A stretch of 39,437 bases of DNA from a virus (taxonomy: Duplodnaviria > Heunggongvirae > Uroviricota > Caudoviricetes). This document shows positions 26,330-34,951 of the stretch, piece by piece (position 1 is the stretch's first letter; every line of letters begins with the position of its first letter). The position numbers and the translations under genes were made by a program. The notes under the pieces were generated by a model that was not told where the DNA came from, searched no databases, and was given only the letters and a program-made list of their open reading frames with translations. The stretch is taken from IMG/VR virus record IMGVR_UViG_2687453623_000006; one strand, written 5' to 3'.

Positions 26330-26665
26330 ATGTCACAGACCCCATCCGATACTTTTAAATTGTCTTATCCCTTCACCACTGCTGCAGGCACCAGAATTGA
26401 GCTGGTTGAACTGAAACGCCTGACGGTAAAAGACCTGAAGCAGGTGCGCAAAATCAGCAAAAACCCGGCAGACTGGGACGAACCGCTGATTGCCCGCAGT
26501 ACTGGTCTTCTCCCGGAAGATCTCGACAATATGGATCTGGCTGATTACCTGCAGTTACAGAAACGATTTCAGCTCATCACGGGGATGGGTGAGAGCAACC
26601 AGGGCGCTGACGCAGGCGCAGGGGCTGCTGGCGAGATGGTTCCGGTTTCAGCCGGGGGAGATTGA
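26330..26665 (+). CDS. tail assembly chaperone (short form)
   Basis: 111 aa acidic protein upstream of the tape measure gene. Confidence 0.55.
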   Translation: MSQTPSDTFKLSYPFTTAAGTRIELVELKRLTVKDLKQVRKISKNPADWDEPLIARSTGLLPEDLDNMDLADYLQLQKRFQLITGMGESNQGADAGAGAAGEMVPVSAGGD

Positions 26666-26747
26666 TGCCCTCGATACTGACGATCTGGAGATGTGGCTGG
26701 AGCAGGCTGAAGAGCAAATCAAAAGCGAGTACGGCGACAAATCATAG
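26490..26747 (+). CDS. tail assembly chaperone C-terminal extension, reached by putative programmed frameshift
   Basis: Overlapping ORF in the +1 frame continues past the chaperone stop at 26665 to 26747; run CCGGGGGAGAUUGA at the junction. Confidence 0.4.
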   Translation: MPAVLVFSRKISTIWIWLITCSYRNDFSSSRGWVRATRALTQAQGLLARWFRFQPGEIDALDTDDLEMWLEQAEEQIKSEYGDKS

Positions 26748-26822
26748 TACAGACAGCCGCCAGTAGCGGCTGTTCTGCGTTATCCCCTCACGTCTTTTCA
26801 CCTTCCCCGGAGGTTAACCACT

Positions 26823-29800
26823 ATGTCGGGACAGTTTTCAGTCGGCGTTGTTATCGGCGGGATGATTGGCAGCACATTCCGTTCTGCAATGAGCGGTACC
26901 CGCCGTGCGCTTGATTCCCTGAGCGATACCTCACGCCGCCTGCAGGAACGTCAGAACGCTTTAACCCGTGCAACAGAACGTTATGGTCAACTGGGTTCTT
27001 CCCGGATGCAGCATCTCAACAGCGAGCTGCTGCGGGTAAGCCGCACCATGGAGCAAATTGAGCGCCAGCAGCGCCGTCTGTCAGCGGCATCCGCTACCAG
27101 TGATGCGCTGAAAGCTAACCGCATGGCGCTGTATGGTCAGGGGATTGAAGCGTATGGCATGGCACAGACTGTTTATCATACGGTTTCCCCTGCCGTTCAG
27201 CAGTCCATGTCTTTTCAGGACAAAATGATTGATATGTCGATCACCGCAAAATATGACAATAAAACGCGGGATGCACTTGCCGGACAGATAAAAGGCTGGG
27301 CGCTTAAATACAATCAGTATCAGGATGAGCTGCAGGAGGCGGTGGGTTCACTCATCAGCGACAATATTGATAATGTGTCAGATATCGGTTTTCTGATGCC
27401 GGATATTGCCCGCGCGGCAACGGCAACACGCACGTCTGCTCAGGACTGGGCAAAAGTGGCCGCAGTCTGGCAAAACTCCCTGAAAGGTGCGGCCAGAGAT
27501 TTTGGTGCCGTTCAGAATATTATGGCTTATGCCGGTGACCAGGGGTCATTTGAAATCCCGGATCAGGTCAAGTGGATGCAGTCCCTGGCCCCAATGATGG
27601 CGGGTCTTGCCAGTGGAAAAGAGGCTGTTGCTGAAATCGGGGCCAGTCTCCAGATAGCAAAAATCGGTGCAGGTTCCACCGACGAAGCAGCCAATAATTT
27701 TAAAAACTTTCTTACCAAAATTTTTGCCCGCGATACTCAGAAACAGTTTGCTGATCTGGGTATTGATTTGCAGGGATCTATTGCGAGTTATAAAGCTGCG
27801 GGGATCTCTCCGATTGAAGGGATGTTGAGTGTTATAGAACGTTACCTCAATGCCAAAAGCCCCGAAGCGCTGGCCGGCTTCAAATCAGCCATGAAAATAA
27901 AGAATGATACGGCAAGAGATGAGGCACTTCAGGCTCTGGCGAAAAACTTTGGTCTGGGCGATATGTTCGCGGATATGCAGGTCATGGCATTTATCCGCCC
28001 GATGCTGGCCAACATGGACAGATATCGAGAGATCCGTGCCGGTGCTCTCAGGGCTGCGGATAACGATTTGCTTGCCAGTGCTTATGATCAGCGGCTGAAA
28101 TCTCCCCTTGAAGCCACTAAAACACTTATGGTCAGCAGTCGCGATCTGGCAATTACGCTGGGCGATCAATTAGCTCCATCTTTTATTTCTCTGACTCAGG
28201 AACTGCTCCCACTCATTCAGGGGACAAAACACTGGGTAGCGACTCACCCGCAATTTGTCAGTGGGGCTTTTAAGCTCATCAGTGCGCTCCTTGCGATTAA
28301 GATAGCGACTGTTGGTCTCAAACTGGGGCTGAATCTCCTTATTTCCCCCTTTGTGAACGTCTGGAAAACTACTGTTTTACTCCGGACCAACTGGCATCGA
28401 CTGACTACCGCACTCGGAGAAGGTGGCAAATTACGCTGGCTTGTCACTGGATTCAGCCGACTGACCAGCGGAGGACTGAAACTCAGCAAAGTTCTGGCGG
28501 GCAGCCTCGTTCGCGGTTTTATGAGCGCTGCACGTGCCGTTCTCTGGATTGGGCGAGCGCTGATGATGAATCCCATCGGTCTCGTTATCACCGCTGTCGC
28601 GACAGCAGCTTACCTTATCTACCGCAACTGGGGGGCTGTCAGTGGTTGGTTTAAACAGCGCTGGGCTGACATTCAGGAAGCCTTTAACGGCGGCATTGTG
28701 GGAATTGGTAAGTTGCTGATTAACTGGTCGCCGGCAGGCCTGCTCTATAAAGCCTTTGCGGCTGCGCTGAAATATTTCGGCGTTGCTCTGCCGGCAAAGT
28801 TCACCGACTTCGGTGGCCATCTTATCGACGGTCTGATTAACGGTATCAAAAGCAAATGGGGGTCGCTCAAATCCAGTGTAACCGGAATGGGTGACAGCAT
28901 CAGTAGCTGGTTTAAACAGCGCTGGGCTGACATTCAGGAAGCCTTTAACGGCGGCATTGTGGGAATTGGTAAGTTGCTGATTAACTGGTCGCCGGCAGGC
29001 CTGCTCTATAAAGCCTTTGCGGCTGCGCTGAAATATTTCGGCGTTGCTCTGCCGGCAAAGTTCACCGACTTCGGTGGCCATCTTATCGACGGTCTGATTA
29101 ACGGTATCAAAAACAAATGGGGGTCGCTCAAATCCAGTGTAACCGGAATGGGTGACAGCATCAGTAGCTGGTTTAAACAGTGCTGGGCTGACATTCAGGA
29201 AGCCTTTAACGGCGGTATCGCGGGAACTGGTAAGCTGCTGATTAACTGGTCGCCGGCAGGTCTGCTCTATAAAGCCTTTGCAGCTGCGCTGAAATATCTT
29301 GGTGTTGATCTGCCGGCAAAGTTCACCGACTTCGGTGGCCATCTTGTCGACGGTCTGATTAACGGTATCAAAAACAAATGGGAGTCGCTCAAATCCAGTG
29401 TAACCGGAATGGGTGACAGCATCAGTGGCTGGTTCAGCGAAAAGCTGGGCATTCATTCGCCGAGCCGCGTGTTTATGGGCTTTGGTGACAATATCGCGCA
29501 GGGGGCCGCCATTGGCCTGCAGCGGACCACTCCGCTTGCAGCTCTGGCCGGGCAGCGAATGGCCAGTGAACTGCTCCCCAGAATGCCCGTGAGCATTCAG
29601 GGGCCAGAAATACGGGATAACACTTCAGGTGTTCGCTTCAGTATGCCGTTGCCCGATATCAATGGGTTTATGTCGTCTGCTAAAAATGCGATCGGAGCCG
29701 TAATCAATAGTTTGTCTTCCATGCCCGTTATTCCGCTCTCCACCCGGGCATCGATTTTACCAGGGCAACGTCTGGCAAATGAGATGACACCGGATGTTCC

Positions 29801-30035
29801 CCGTATCCCCTCGCCTGAAATCCTGGCTGCCGGATATTCAGGCCGTGGTGCAGCTGCAACCGGCGGTGGAACGTCTGGTGGTATCCAGGTCAGCTTTAAT
29901 CCTCAGTTTTTCCTCAATGGCAGGGAAACCACAGCGCCTGCAGGACTGACTGGTGCCCTGAATATGAGTCTGCATGAGCTGGAAAAAATGCTGGAGCGTC
30001 TGCTGGCTCAGAAACAACGTAAGGAGTACCGCTGA
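26823..30035 (+). CDS. tail tape measure protein
   Basis: 1070 aa, largest ORF, located between chaperone and baseplate genes; contains internal tandem repeats. Confidence 0.8.
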   Translation: MSGQFSVGVVIGGMIGSTFRSAMSGTRRALDSLSDTSRRLQERQNALTRATERYGQLGSSRMQHLNSELLRVSRTMEQIERQQRRLSAASATSDALKANRMALYGQGIEAYGMAQTVYHTVSPAVQQSMSFQDKMIDMSITAKYDNKTRDALAGQIKGWALKYNQYQDELQEAVGSLISDNIDNVSDIGFLMPDIARAATATRTSAQDWAKVAAVWQNSLKGAARDFGAVQNIMAYAGDQGSFEIPDQVKWMQSLAPMMAGLASGKEAVAEIGASLQIAKIGAGSTDEAANNFKNFLTKIFARDTQKQFADLGIDLQGSIASYKAAGISPIEGMLSVIERYLNAKSPEALAGFKSAMKIKNDTARDEALQALAKNFGLGDMFADMQVMAFIRPMLANMDRYREIRAGALRAADNDLLASAYDQRLKSPLEATKTLMVSSRDLAITLGDQLAPSFISLTQELLPLIQGTKHWVATHPQFVSGAFKLISALLAIKIATVGLKLGLNLLISPFVNVWKTTVLLRTNWHRLTTALGEGGKLRWLVTGFSRLTSGGLKLSKVLAGSLVRGFMSAARAVLWIGRALMMNPIGLVITAVATAAYLIYRNWGAVSGWFKQRWADIQEAFNGGIVGIGKLLINWSPAGLLYKAFAAALKYFGVALPAKFTDFGGHLIDGLINGIKSKWGSLKSSVTGMGDSISSWFKQRWADIQEAFNGGIVGIGKLLINWSPAGLLYKAFAAALKYFGVALPAKFTDFGGHLIDGLINGIKNKWGSLKSSVTGMGDSISSWFKQCWADIQEAFNGGIAGTGKLLINWSPAGLLYKAFAAALKYLGVDLPAKFTDFGGHLVDGLINGIKNKWESLKSSVTGMGDSISGWFSEKLGIHSPSRVFMGFGDNIAQGAAIGLQRTTPLAALAGQRMASELLPRMPVSIQGPEIRDNTSGVRFSMPLPDINGFMSSAKNAIGAVINSLSSMPVIPLSTRASILPGQRLANEMTPDVPRIPSPEILAAGYSGRGAAATGGGTSGGIQVSFNPQFFLNGRETTAPAGLTGALNMSLHELEKMLERLLAQKQRKEYR
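28647..29429 (+). repeat. three in-frame tandem copies of a 261-bp (87-aa) unit inside the tape measure gene
   Basis: Unit beginning TGGTTTAAACAGCGCTGGGCTGACATTCAGGAAGCC recurs at 28647, 28908 and 29169; encodes SWFKQRWADIQEAFNGG...MGDSIS three times; partial fourth copy diverges at 29430. Confidence 0.85.
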
Positions 30036-30919
30036 TGTTTGCCGTACTGGGTGATATTGAGTTTGAGCTGATTACCTACTGGGACGGCTTCGAGGCCACG
30101 TTCGGCGTCGATTATGCGGAGCATGCCCGCATCGGGGGTAAGCCTGGCCTGCAGTTCGTCGGCGACAGGCTGGACGAAATCCAGATAACTCTGGTTTTCC
30201 ATCAGCATTATTGTGTACCCGATGTGGAGCTGGCGAGACTGCGAACAGCCATGAAAGCCCATCAGGCACTGGCGCTGGTCTTCGGCAACGGTGACTATCG
30301 CGGCTGGTTCGTGATTACCGATGTGACTGCAACCAGCGAGCAGACTGACAGTACCGGCAACGTGCTGGCTGTCAGTGCCACCGTGTCTCTCCGGGAATAC
30401 ACCGGTGACCCGAAAAATCCTCTGCAACCACCGGCAATACGCACGAAGCTCCCGGGTGTCGGGGCGGTCTCCGGTGCCATTCCTTCACCTTCCGGGGTGG
30501 CGCAGTTCATCCGCAACGGCGTCAACTATGCGAAACAGGCGCAGTCTGTACTCCAGACCACTATCAGCGCCGTTCGGGTGACACAGAAAATGAAGGATAA
30601 CCCCGTTGTCGCACTGACCCGTGTGCCGGGGCTGATGAGCGGACTGGGTAATATCTCCGGGGCTCTGGGGAAAAGTGTTCCGGCGTTTAACGCACTCTCT
30701 GAATCCATGCCCGATGCCATCAGTCTGGCCAGAACAGCCAGCGAAGCAGCCACGTATGTACAGCAGGCACAGTCTGCGCTGAGTGGTGTGGACAAAAGAA
30801 ATATTGCAGGTGCTCTGGATACCGTTTCCGGGCAGCTTAACGCCGTCGGAACAGCATTCAACCGCATGTCTCCGGGATTAAGTGCAATGGCCGCCAGAAT
30901 ACTGACGAGGAGTGTGTGA
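30035..30919 (+). CDS. tail protein, P2 gpU-like N-terminal domain (Mu N position)
   Basis: N-terminus MFAVLGDIEFELITYWDGF...GKPGLQFVGD...ITL resembles gpU-family tail proteins; ATG overlaps tape measure stop. Confidence 0.55.
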   Translation: MFAVLGDIEFELITYWDGFEATFGVDYAEHARIGGKPGLQFVGDRLDEIQITLVFHQHYCVPDVELARLRTAMKAHQALALVFGNGDYRGWFVITDVTATSEQTDSTGNVLAVSATVSLREYTGDPKNPLQPPAIRTKLPGVGAVSGAIPSPSGVAQFIRNGVNYAKQAQSVLQTTISAVRVTQKMKDNPVVALTRVPGLMSGLGNISGALGKSVPAFNALSESMPDAISLARTASEAATYVQQAQSALSGVDKRNIAGALDTVSGQLNAVGTAFNRMSPGLSAMAARILTRSV

Positions 30920-31131
30920 TGTTTCTTGAACATGTTACCCGTGACGGAGAGCGCTGGGATTCGCTGGCATGGCAGTACTACGGTGACCCGCTGGGCTATC
31001 CCCGGATTATTGCCGCCAATCCGCACGTGGCCATCACGCCGGTGCTGCCCTCCGGGCTGTTGTTACTGATCCCGGTGATTGAGGCTGAAGAAGCCCGTAC
31101 AGAAGAGGATATTGCCCCATGGCTGAGATAA
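30916..31131 (+). CDS. tail protein X-like (P2 gpX family)
   Basis: 71 aa; motif RWDSLAWQYYGD typical of gpX. Confidence 0.6.
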   Translation: MMFLEHVTRDGERWDSLAWQYYGDPLGYPRIIAANPHVAITPVLPSGLLLLIPVIEAEEARTEEDIAPWLR

Positions 31132-32291
31132 ACAGCACTGCGCAAGTCACATCAGCGTTAACCGGCGTCAGCGATGTGCTGACACCGGTGTTCACTCTGT
31201 GGTATCTGCAGAAAAACATCACCTCTGATATCGCGCCTTATGTCACCCGTGTGACCTGGAGCGATAACATCAAAAATGAGTCCGATACCATTGAGGTGGA
31301 GCTGGACGACACCGATGGCCGCTGGCTGGATAAGTGGTATCCGGGCAAGGGTGACACGCTGACGCTGAAAATGGGCTATCAGGACGAGAAGCTGCTGTCC
31401 TGCGGTACGTTCTCTATAGACGAGATCGAAGTGAGTTCGCCCGCTTCCGTTGTTTCTATCCGTGGGGTGGCCACCTCGGTTAACAGTGCCCTGCGGACTA
31501 AAACCAGTCGTGGTTTTGAGAACACCACGCTGGCAGCTGTTGCGGGGCGGATTGCCAGAAAGCACCGGCTGAAACTGGTGGGCAGCATTGAGTCCATCAG
31601 AATCGACCGGGTGACCCAGTATGCTGAAACCGACGTGGGTTTTCTGCGCCGGCTGGCCAGCGAGTATGGTTATGCAGTGAAAGTGGTCAGTGACCAGCTG
31701 ATTTTTTCTCATCTGGCCACACTGCGCAGTCAGGAGCCGGTCAGGCAGTTAAAACCGCAGGATGTGGCCCGCTTTTCCCTGCGTGACACCATCAACCGGG
31801 TCTATAAATCTGCAAAGGTAAAACACCAGAAAAGCAGCAGTAAAAAACTGATCGTCTACGAAGCTGATGGTGGTACCCGTGAAAGCGACAAAAAGCTCAA
31901 AGGTGGTAAGGTTACCAGCGCTGACTCACTTAAAGTTAACAGCCGCGTCAGCGACCCGGACAGTGCCCGGATTAAAGCGGATTCAGCACTGGCCAGACAT
32001 AACGAATACCAGCAGAACGGCTCCCTGACGCTGACGGGAACACCTCAACTGACAGCAGGCAACAAAATTGAACTGGTGGGTTTTGGGCAGTTATCCGGGC
32101 CATGGCTCATAACCACTGCCCGCCATGCGTTTGACCGTAACAGCGGCTACACCACAGAGCTGGAAGTGGCACGGGGGCCGATCACACAGGGCAAGGCGAA
32201 GAAAGGTAAAAAAATCGGCAAAACCCGGATGCTGACCATCTATAAACCGGACGGCAGCACGTCCACAGTAATAAGAGAGAAGAAAAAATGA
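31119..32291 (+). CDS. baseplate hub / late control D-like protein (P2 gpD, Mu P position)
   Basis: 390 aa; synteny between gpX-like and gpV-like genes. Confidence 0.7.
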   Translation: MAEINSTAQVTSALTGVSDVLTPVFTLWYLQKNITSDIAPYVTRVTWSDNIKNESDTIEVELDDTDGRWLDKWYPGKGDTLTLKMGYQDEKLLSCGTFSIDEIEVSSPASVVSIRGVATSVNSALRTKTSRGFENTTLAAVAGRIARKHRLKLVGSIESIRIDRVTQYAETDVGFLRRLASEYGYAVKVVSDQLIFSHLATLRSQEPVRQLKPQDVARFSLRDTINRVYKSAKVKHQKSSSKKLIVYEADGGTRESDKKLKGGKVTSADSLKVNSRVSDPDSARIKADSALARHNEYQQNGSLTLTGTPQLTAGNKIELVGFGQLSGPWLITTARHAFDRNSGYTTELEVARGPITQGKAKKGKKIGKTRMLTIYKPDGSTSTVIREKKK

Positions 32292-32884
32292 CTGGTGTCA
32301 CTCGTCAGGTCGGTACGGTCAGTGCCGTTGATGCCGACAGGGTTCAGGCCCGCGTTCGTCTGCCTGAATGCGATAACCTGCGCACAAACTGGCTTAACGT
32401 GCTGCAGCGCAATACCCAGGATAACAAAGATTACTGGCTCCCTGACGTGGGGGAGCAGGTTGAGGTGCTGCTCGATGCCAACGGCGAGGATGGTGTTATT
32501 CTGGGCGCGGTGTATTCAGACGTCGATAAACCACCGTTCAGTGACAAAAATATCCGGGGAACCCGGTTTGCTGATGGTGCAGAGTACAGCTACAACCGGA
32601 AGACGCACACTCTGATCATCCGGGGCGGCATTGAGCATATTGTCATTGAGTGTGGTGCTGATGTGGTATTGAAAACACAGAAAGCCACGATTGACGCACC
32701 GGAAACCGAACTTACCGGAGATCTGCGTGTCAGGGGTAAGCTGATTTACGAAGGAGGCATGGCGGGTTCTGGTGGTGAAGGTGTTACCGCGACCATCCAT
32801 GGCAATATCGAGATTAAAGGGAATGCCCATGCCACGGGCAGTATGTTGTCTGATGGCGAAAACTCCAGCCACCACTCCCACTGA
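32288..32884 (+). CDS. baseplate spike protein (P2 gpV-like)
   Basis: 198 aa; Gly-rich beta-helix-like C-terminal region ending in His-rich tip NSSHHSH. Confidence 0.7.
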   Translation: MTGVTRQVGTVSAVDADRVQARVRLPECDNLRTNWLNVLQRNTQDNKDYWLPDVGEQVEVLLDANGEDGVILGAVYSDVDKPPFSDKNIRGTRFADGAEYSYNRKTHTLIIRGGIEHIVIECGADVVLKTQKATIDAPETELTGDLRVRGKLIYEGGMAGSGGEGVTATIHGNIEIKGNAHATGSMLSDGENSSHHSH

Positions 32885-32938
32885 GCTTTTTAAACGCCTT
32901 TAATATCAGCGTTCCCGCACGGGGGCAATACTGCCCCC

Positions 32939-33286
32939 ATGAAAACAACCTCAGTATTCTGGCAACCGACCCTGCAGGCTCCCGGCGAAATTGTCCGGGG
33001 GCTGGATGATATCCGGCAGGCGATTCAAATTATCCTGCGGACTCCCCGCGGCAGCGACCCGCATCGCCCGGAGTTCGGCAGCAATCTGCATCTTTATATC
33101 GACTGGCCTGTAGACCGGGCCATTCCGCATGTGGTGCGCGAATCCGTCGATGCCATCCGACGCTGGGAGCCCCGCTGCCAGCTTATGTCAGTTAAACCCG
33201 CCGTCGACGGCGAACATCTTACGCTCCGGGTGAGCTGGAAAGGCTCAGACGGACAGACCCGGACTCAGGAGTTGCTATGGCGCTGA
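32939..33286 (+). CDS. baseplate wedge protein (GPW/gp25-like)
   Basis: 115 aa; motif RGSDPHRPEFGSNLHLYID characteristic of GPW/gp25. Confidence 0.7.
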   Translation: MKTTSVFWQPTLQAPGEIVRGLDDIRQAIQIILRTPRGSDPHRPEFGSNLHLYIDWPVDRAIPHVVRESVDAIRRWEPRCQLMSVKPAVDGEHLTLRVSWKGSDGQTRTQELLWR

Positions 33287-34380
33287 CAGAACCCGATTTT
33301 ATTGAACGCGATGCCGACAAAATCACGGCAGAAATGATTGCGAAGTATGAAGCGGATACCGGCAAAACGCTGTACCCGGCACAGGCAGAACGTCTGCTGA
33401 TTGATCTGTGGGCCTATCGCGAAATGCTGGTCAGGGTTGCGGTACAGGAGGCAGCAAAGCAGAATCTGGTCGCCTTTTCACGAGAGCCGATGATTGATTA
33501 CCTCGGAGAACTGGTTGGTGTATACCGCCTTGCCGCGCAGCCTGCCACCACCACACTTCAGTTCTCTGTGGATGAGGCACTGACCATTGATGTGCTGATC
33601 CCGGCAGGCACCCGCGTCAGCGCTTCCGACAGCGTTATTTTTGCCACCGATACAGATGTGGTACTGAAGGCCGGATTGCTGCTGGTCAATGTCACGTCCA
33701 CCTGTACCGAACCCGGTACCGCTGGTAACGGCTGGCAACCTGCGCAGGTCAGTCAGTTACTCGATGAGATTGATAACGTCGACCTGCTGGTGAGCAATCT
33801 GACGGCCAGTTCCGGCGGTTCAGAACAGGAAGACGATGACAGGCTCCGGGAGCGTATCAGGCTGGCCCCGGAGTCATTCACCAATGCCGGAAGCCGTGGC
33901 GCATACCGCTTTCATGCCATGCAGGCCCATCCCAACATTGTCGATGTTGCTGTGCTTTCCCCGGTTCCCGGGACCGTAGATCTGTATCCGCTGCTCAGTA
34001 CCGGTCTGCCGGACGGCGGTGTTCTCACGCTGGTAGAGAGTTTCTGCTCTGATGAGAAAGTCAGGCCACTCACTGATACAGTGCGGGCTAAAACACCAGT
34101 GAAGGTGGATTACACCATTGAAGCCAGGATTACGATCTATCGTGATCAGGATGCCAGGTCTGTAAAAGATGCCGCTAACAGCGCCATACAGAACTGGGTG
34201 GCATCACGTGCCGCCACGCTGGGGCGTGATATTGTCCCCAGCCAGATTATCAGTGCATTGTCCGTTTCCGGGGTGTACCAGGTTGAACTGGTGACACCGG
34301 CACTGAGGGTGGTGGCAGAAAACGAATGGGCAAACTGTACGGCGATCACACTTAACATGAGTGGAGTGTCTGATGACTGA
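33277..34380 (+). CDS. baseplate J-like protein
   Basis: 367 aa; synteny after W-like gene. Confidence 0.75.
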   Translation: MALTEPDFIERDADKITAEMIAKYEADTGKTLYPAQAERLLIDLWAYREMLVRVAVQEAAKQNLVAFSREPMIDYLGELVGVYRLAAQPATTTLQFSVDEALTIDVLIPAGTRVSASDSVIFATDTDVVLKAGLLLVNVTSTCTEPGTAGNGWQPAQVSQLLDEIDNVDLLVSNLTASSGGSEQEDDDRLRERIRLAPESFTNAGSRGAYRFHAMQAHPNIVDVAVLSPVPGTVDLYPLLSTGLPDGGVLTLVESFCSDEKVRPLTDTVRAKTPVKVDYTIEARITIYRDQDARSVKDAANSAIQNWVASRAATLGRDIVPSQIISALSVSGVYQVELVTPALRVVAENEWANCTAITLNMSGVSDD

Positions 34381-34951
34381 GCCATTACAACTCCCGCCAC
34401 CGCTTGAGGGTGATATCAGTCTCAGGACGCTGGGAAGACTGGCAGGGCGGCTGGATAACATCGACCTGAGCGTACTGATGGTCTTTCTCGTCGATATCGT
34501 CGACAGTTCTGCGCTGCCATGGCTGGGCGAGCAGTTCTCACTGTCTGGCGATGGCTGGGAGCTGGCGGAATCGGACGATGTTCGCCGCATGCTTATAAAA
34601 GCAGCCATCGAACTACACCGGTATAAAGGGACGCCGTGGTCAATCCGGGAAGTTATCCGCCGTTTTGGCTTTGGTGAAGTGGATCTGATTGAAGGCACAG
34701 GTCGTCTCAGTTACGACGGCAATCGCAGCTATAACGGACTGTTTGTTCATGGAGATGCAGCCGCCTGGGCGGTTTATCGCGTTATTCTGAAACAGCCCAT
34801 TACTAACGATCAGGCCGCGATGCTGCGTCAGACGCTCGCTGCATTTGCACCGGCCCGCTGCCATCTGGCCAGCCTGGAGTATCAGTCTGTGGCCATTCGC
34901 TATAACAATACCGCCATCCATGATGGCAGTTATAACCACGGGAGCAGTTGA
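34373..34951 (+). CDS. tail protein I-like (P2 gpI family)
   Basis: Track ORF from GTG 34361; preferred ATG 34373 overlapping the J stop; precedes tail fibre. Confidence 0.6.
   Translation: MTEPLQLPPPLEGDISLRTLGRLAGRLDNIDLSVLMVFLVDIVDSSALPWLGEQFSLSGDGWELAESDDVRRMLIKAAIELHRYKGTPWSIREVIRRFGFGEVDLIEGTGRLSYDGNRSYNGLFVHGDAAAWAVYRVILKQPITNDQAAMLRQTLAAFAPARCHLASLEYQSVAIRYNNTAIHDGSYNHGSS

Noticed and set aside
28431-29456. 341-aa minus-strand ORF plus three 61-62-aa ORFs antisense to the tape measure gene
   Set aside because: These are the antisense shadow of the 261-bp tandem repeats; their periodic near-identity reflects the sense-strand repeat, not separate genes.
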